Origin: a virus
Taxonomy: Duplodnaviria; Heunggongvirae; Uroviricota; Caudoviricetes
Length of the DNA stretch: 64,000 bases
Virus record (IMG/VR): IMGVR_UViG_3300017987_000047
Strand: one strand, 5' to 3'
Shown here: one piece after another, positions 62,116-64,000 of the stretch
Layout of the letters: each line of letters begins with the position of its first letter
How positions within the stretch are numbered: the stretch's first letter is position 1
The notes under the pieces: generated by a model
What the model was told of the DNA's origin: nothing
What the model saw: the letters and a program-made list of their open reading frames with translations, nothing else
The model's database searches: none
Translations under genes and position numbers: made by a program

Positions 62116-62188
62116 GGTCCCATCGTCTAGTGGCCAAGGATACCAGACTGTCGATCTGGTGACACGGGTTCAAGTCCCGTTGGGACCG
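62116..62188 (+). tRNA. tRNA-Asp(GTC)
   Basis: Acceptor GGTCCCA/TGGGACC; anticodon arm CCAGA-CTGTCGA-TCTGG. Confidence 0.93.
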
Positions 62189-62193
62189 TCGTT

Positions 62194-62265
62194 AAGGGGA
62201 TAGTGTAATTGGTAACACAGGAGACTTTGACTCTCCTATTCTGGGTTCAAGTCCCAGTCCCCTTG
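62194..62265 (+). tRNA. tRNA-Gln(TTG)
   Basis: Acceptor AAGGGGA/TCCCCTT; anticodon arm GGAGA-CTTTGAC-TCTCC. Confidence 0.92.
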
Positions 62266-62326
62266 TCGCTTCTCAAGCCACCAAAATACTTTGGTGGTTG
62301 TTTCATGTTCCATCTGGAGAAAACCA

Positions 62327-63535
62327 ATGCGCGTACTTTTAGTTGGTGGTACGTTTGATAGTAATGGCGGGAGGGATTCTTCCATTATTGAGAAGCTTGC
62401 TAATGGGGTTATGCAGGAGCTAAGTCTCAAGCAAACGGGCTATTCCGAAGTTCCAGAAAACGGGGAAGAAACCGACAAGTTTTTACTTATCAATGGGGGG
62501 TTTCTCGACTATATTAGTAAGGTATTGGTTCAACCCCACCCTCTATCCCAGTTTGACGCCATTCTTTGGTTTGCGAATATTCTAGATAATAGCCTTCCTA
62601 AAATTGTTGAAGATATCAAAAAGATTAATCCAAAAATTCTCCTCGTGACTTCAAAAAGATGTGTTGAGAAGGATTATAACCGCGCCGATGTTATTTCTCA
62701 TGCCCTCAAAATTAAAAGCAACTTAATTCTTGAGATTCGGCGGGGAGGAACTCAATATAAAGGAGTTCTTCTAGACCCGCTTGGGAATACCTTTAAGCTA
62801 AAAGAATTAGCGGGAGAGGACTTTATTAACGACTCCTATGATTTTGAGCCTATCGGCAAAATAATTATCAGAAGACTTCGCGAGCTAGCAAAGTTCTCTC
62901 GTGTTGGGAGTAAACAGGTATCCCCAGAACCAATTGTTGCTGAAGGGGACCCGCTGTTCTTCGAAACTATAAAAAGTTCTGCCGATTTATTTGACTCTCT
63001 TCTTCCAACCCCAAAACATGTTGAGAGATTTTTAGGGAACGCTTCCTTCCGGTGTGGTAAGGGTTTTCCCTCTTTCCGAAAAGATAATCTAATCTTTGTT
63101 TCTCGAAGAAATATTGATAAGAAATACATCGGACCAGAAGGTTTTGTTGCTGTAGATCCTGATGCTTTTCCAGTACATTATTATGGTGAAAATAAACCGT
63201 CGGTGGATACTCCGATACAATTAATGCTTTATAACTACTATAAAAATGTAAACTACATGCTTCATGGGCATGTTCGGGTTGGGGCAGGAATCGGGTTAGG
63301 GTTAAAGGATAGAGAAAAAATCAAGGAGACTGGACACCCTATCCCGTGTGGAGCCATTGAGGAAGCAGCAGCGATTATTAGGACAGAACCAGATTTCACT
63401 AAAACTAATTTTATAGTTAATCTTAGTGGGCATGGTTTTATTGCACTTGCTAAGGAGCCTAACTTCCTCCATCGGATTTTAAGTGGGGGCCCTGGTATTT
63501 ATGGGGAGCGAGAAGATGAAACTTGGGAGGTTTAA
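62327..63535 (+). CDS. Protein with a C-terminal class II aldolase/adducin-like domain
   Basis: GNASFR, KPSVDT..Q..LY, LHGH and GHG metal-binding motifs. Confidence 0.7.
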   Translation: MRVLLVGGTFDSNGGRDSSIIEKLANGVMQELSLKQTGYSEVPENGEETDKFLLINGGFLDYISKVLVQPHPLSQFDAILWFANILDNSLPKIVEDIKKINPKILLVTSKRCVEKDYNRADVISHALKIKSNLILEIRRGGTQYKGVLLDPLGNTFKLKELAGEDFINDSYDFEPIGKIIIRRLRELAKFSRVGSKQVSPEPIVAEGDPLFFETIKSSADLFDSLLPTPKHVERFLGNASFRCGKGFPSFRKDNLIFVSRRNIDKKYIGPEGFVAVDPDAFPVHYYGENKPSVDTPIQLMLYNYYKNVNYMLHGHVRVGAGIGLGLKDREKIKETGHPIPCGAIEEAAAIIRTEPDFTKTNFIVNLSGHGFIALAKEPNFLHRILSGGPGIYGEREDETWEV

Positions 63536-63868
63536 ATGCCACTCGTTAGGATTGAAACTCTACTCACACACAAAAACCAAGCGGTGCGAAACTTGACCCA
63601 GAAGCTACTAAAGTTAACTCTAGATAATGAAGCATTGGTAGAAGAAACGTATTATAGTGACAAGTATCCTCTGGTCACTTTTTTCTGTATAAAAGATCCT
63701 CTCTTCAGCTATAGCATTCGCTTCATGCGCCATGCTCTGTATCTAGAGATCTTTGATCATAATAGGTACACACGCCCTAAAGGTTTCAAGGGGATCGGCG
63801 TAAAACTTAACGAAGGCGAAAAGATTATAGAAGCTCTTCTGGGCTTCACTCCGGTTGAAAGAAAATGA
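63536..63868 (+). CDS. Protein with an N-terminal tag
   Basis: TLLTHKNQAVRNLTQK. Confidence 0.7.
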   Translation: MPLVRIETLLTHKNQAVRNLTQKLLKLTLDNEALVEETYYSDKYPLVTFFCIKDPLFSYSIRFMRHALYLEIFDHNRYTRPKGFKGIGVKLNEGEKIIEALLGFTPVERK

Positions 63869-64000
63869 AGTATTCAGTAAACTATCTCAAGAATCGTTTT
63901 AGCCAAGGCGAATTTATAATAATTTATACGGATCACTTCTCTTCTCGGCTTTTTTATGGGATTCTTGAAGGGATAAATCGAAAAGGGAAACGGCTTGGTT

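Noticed and set aside
1-64000. Genome-wide stop-codon reassignment (code 15 or 4)
   Set aside because: Most genes are full length in code 11 and end at TAA, TAG or TGA next to the following start; no suppressor tRNA was seen.

Overview
This window looks like part of a large (jumbo/huge) bacteriophage genome. It is AT-rich and packed with short ORFs that are almost all on the + strand, and it has no capsid or replication core genes. It carries 16 tRNA genes, including a tRNA-Thr with a group I intron, a tRNA-Pro with a 29-nt anticodon-loop insert, a tRNA-His with a long variable arm and a tRNA-Leu with a short one. Other RNA-related content: a bacterial type A RNase P RNA and a tRNA maturation/repair toolkit (Thg1-like, PNKP, HAD RNA-repair domain, RlmN-like, RNase Z-like MBL hydrolase, nucleotidyltransferase). 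It also has NAD/ADP-ribose/CoA enzymes, a nuclease-helicase-methyltransferase cassette, an HNH endonuclease and a TnpB-only IS200/IS605 element. The most striking unexplained feature is a shared peptide tag, roughly [YFL]-L-T-[HS]-x4-[IVLA]-R-x2-[AV]-K. I found it once per protein in 37 otherwise mostly dissimilar small proteins: 29 C-terminal, 5 N-terminal and 3 internal. This suggests a phage-encoded docking or targeting signal on a large modular protein library. Also noted: an 8-copy phage-type promoter motif, a candidate pseudoknotted small RNA, and three genes each broken by a single in-frame stop codon. All calls come from reading motifs by eye; no searches were run.
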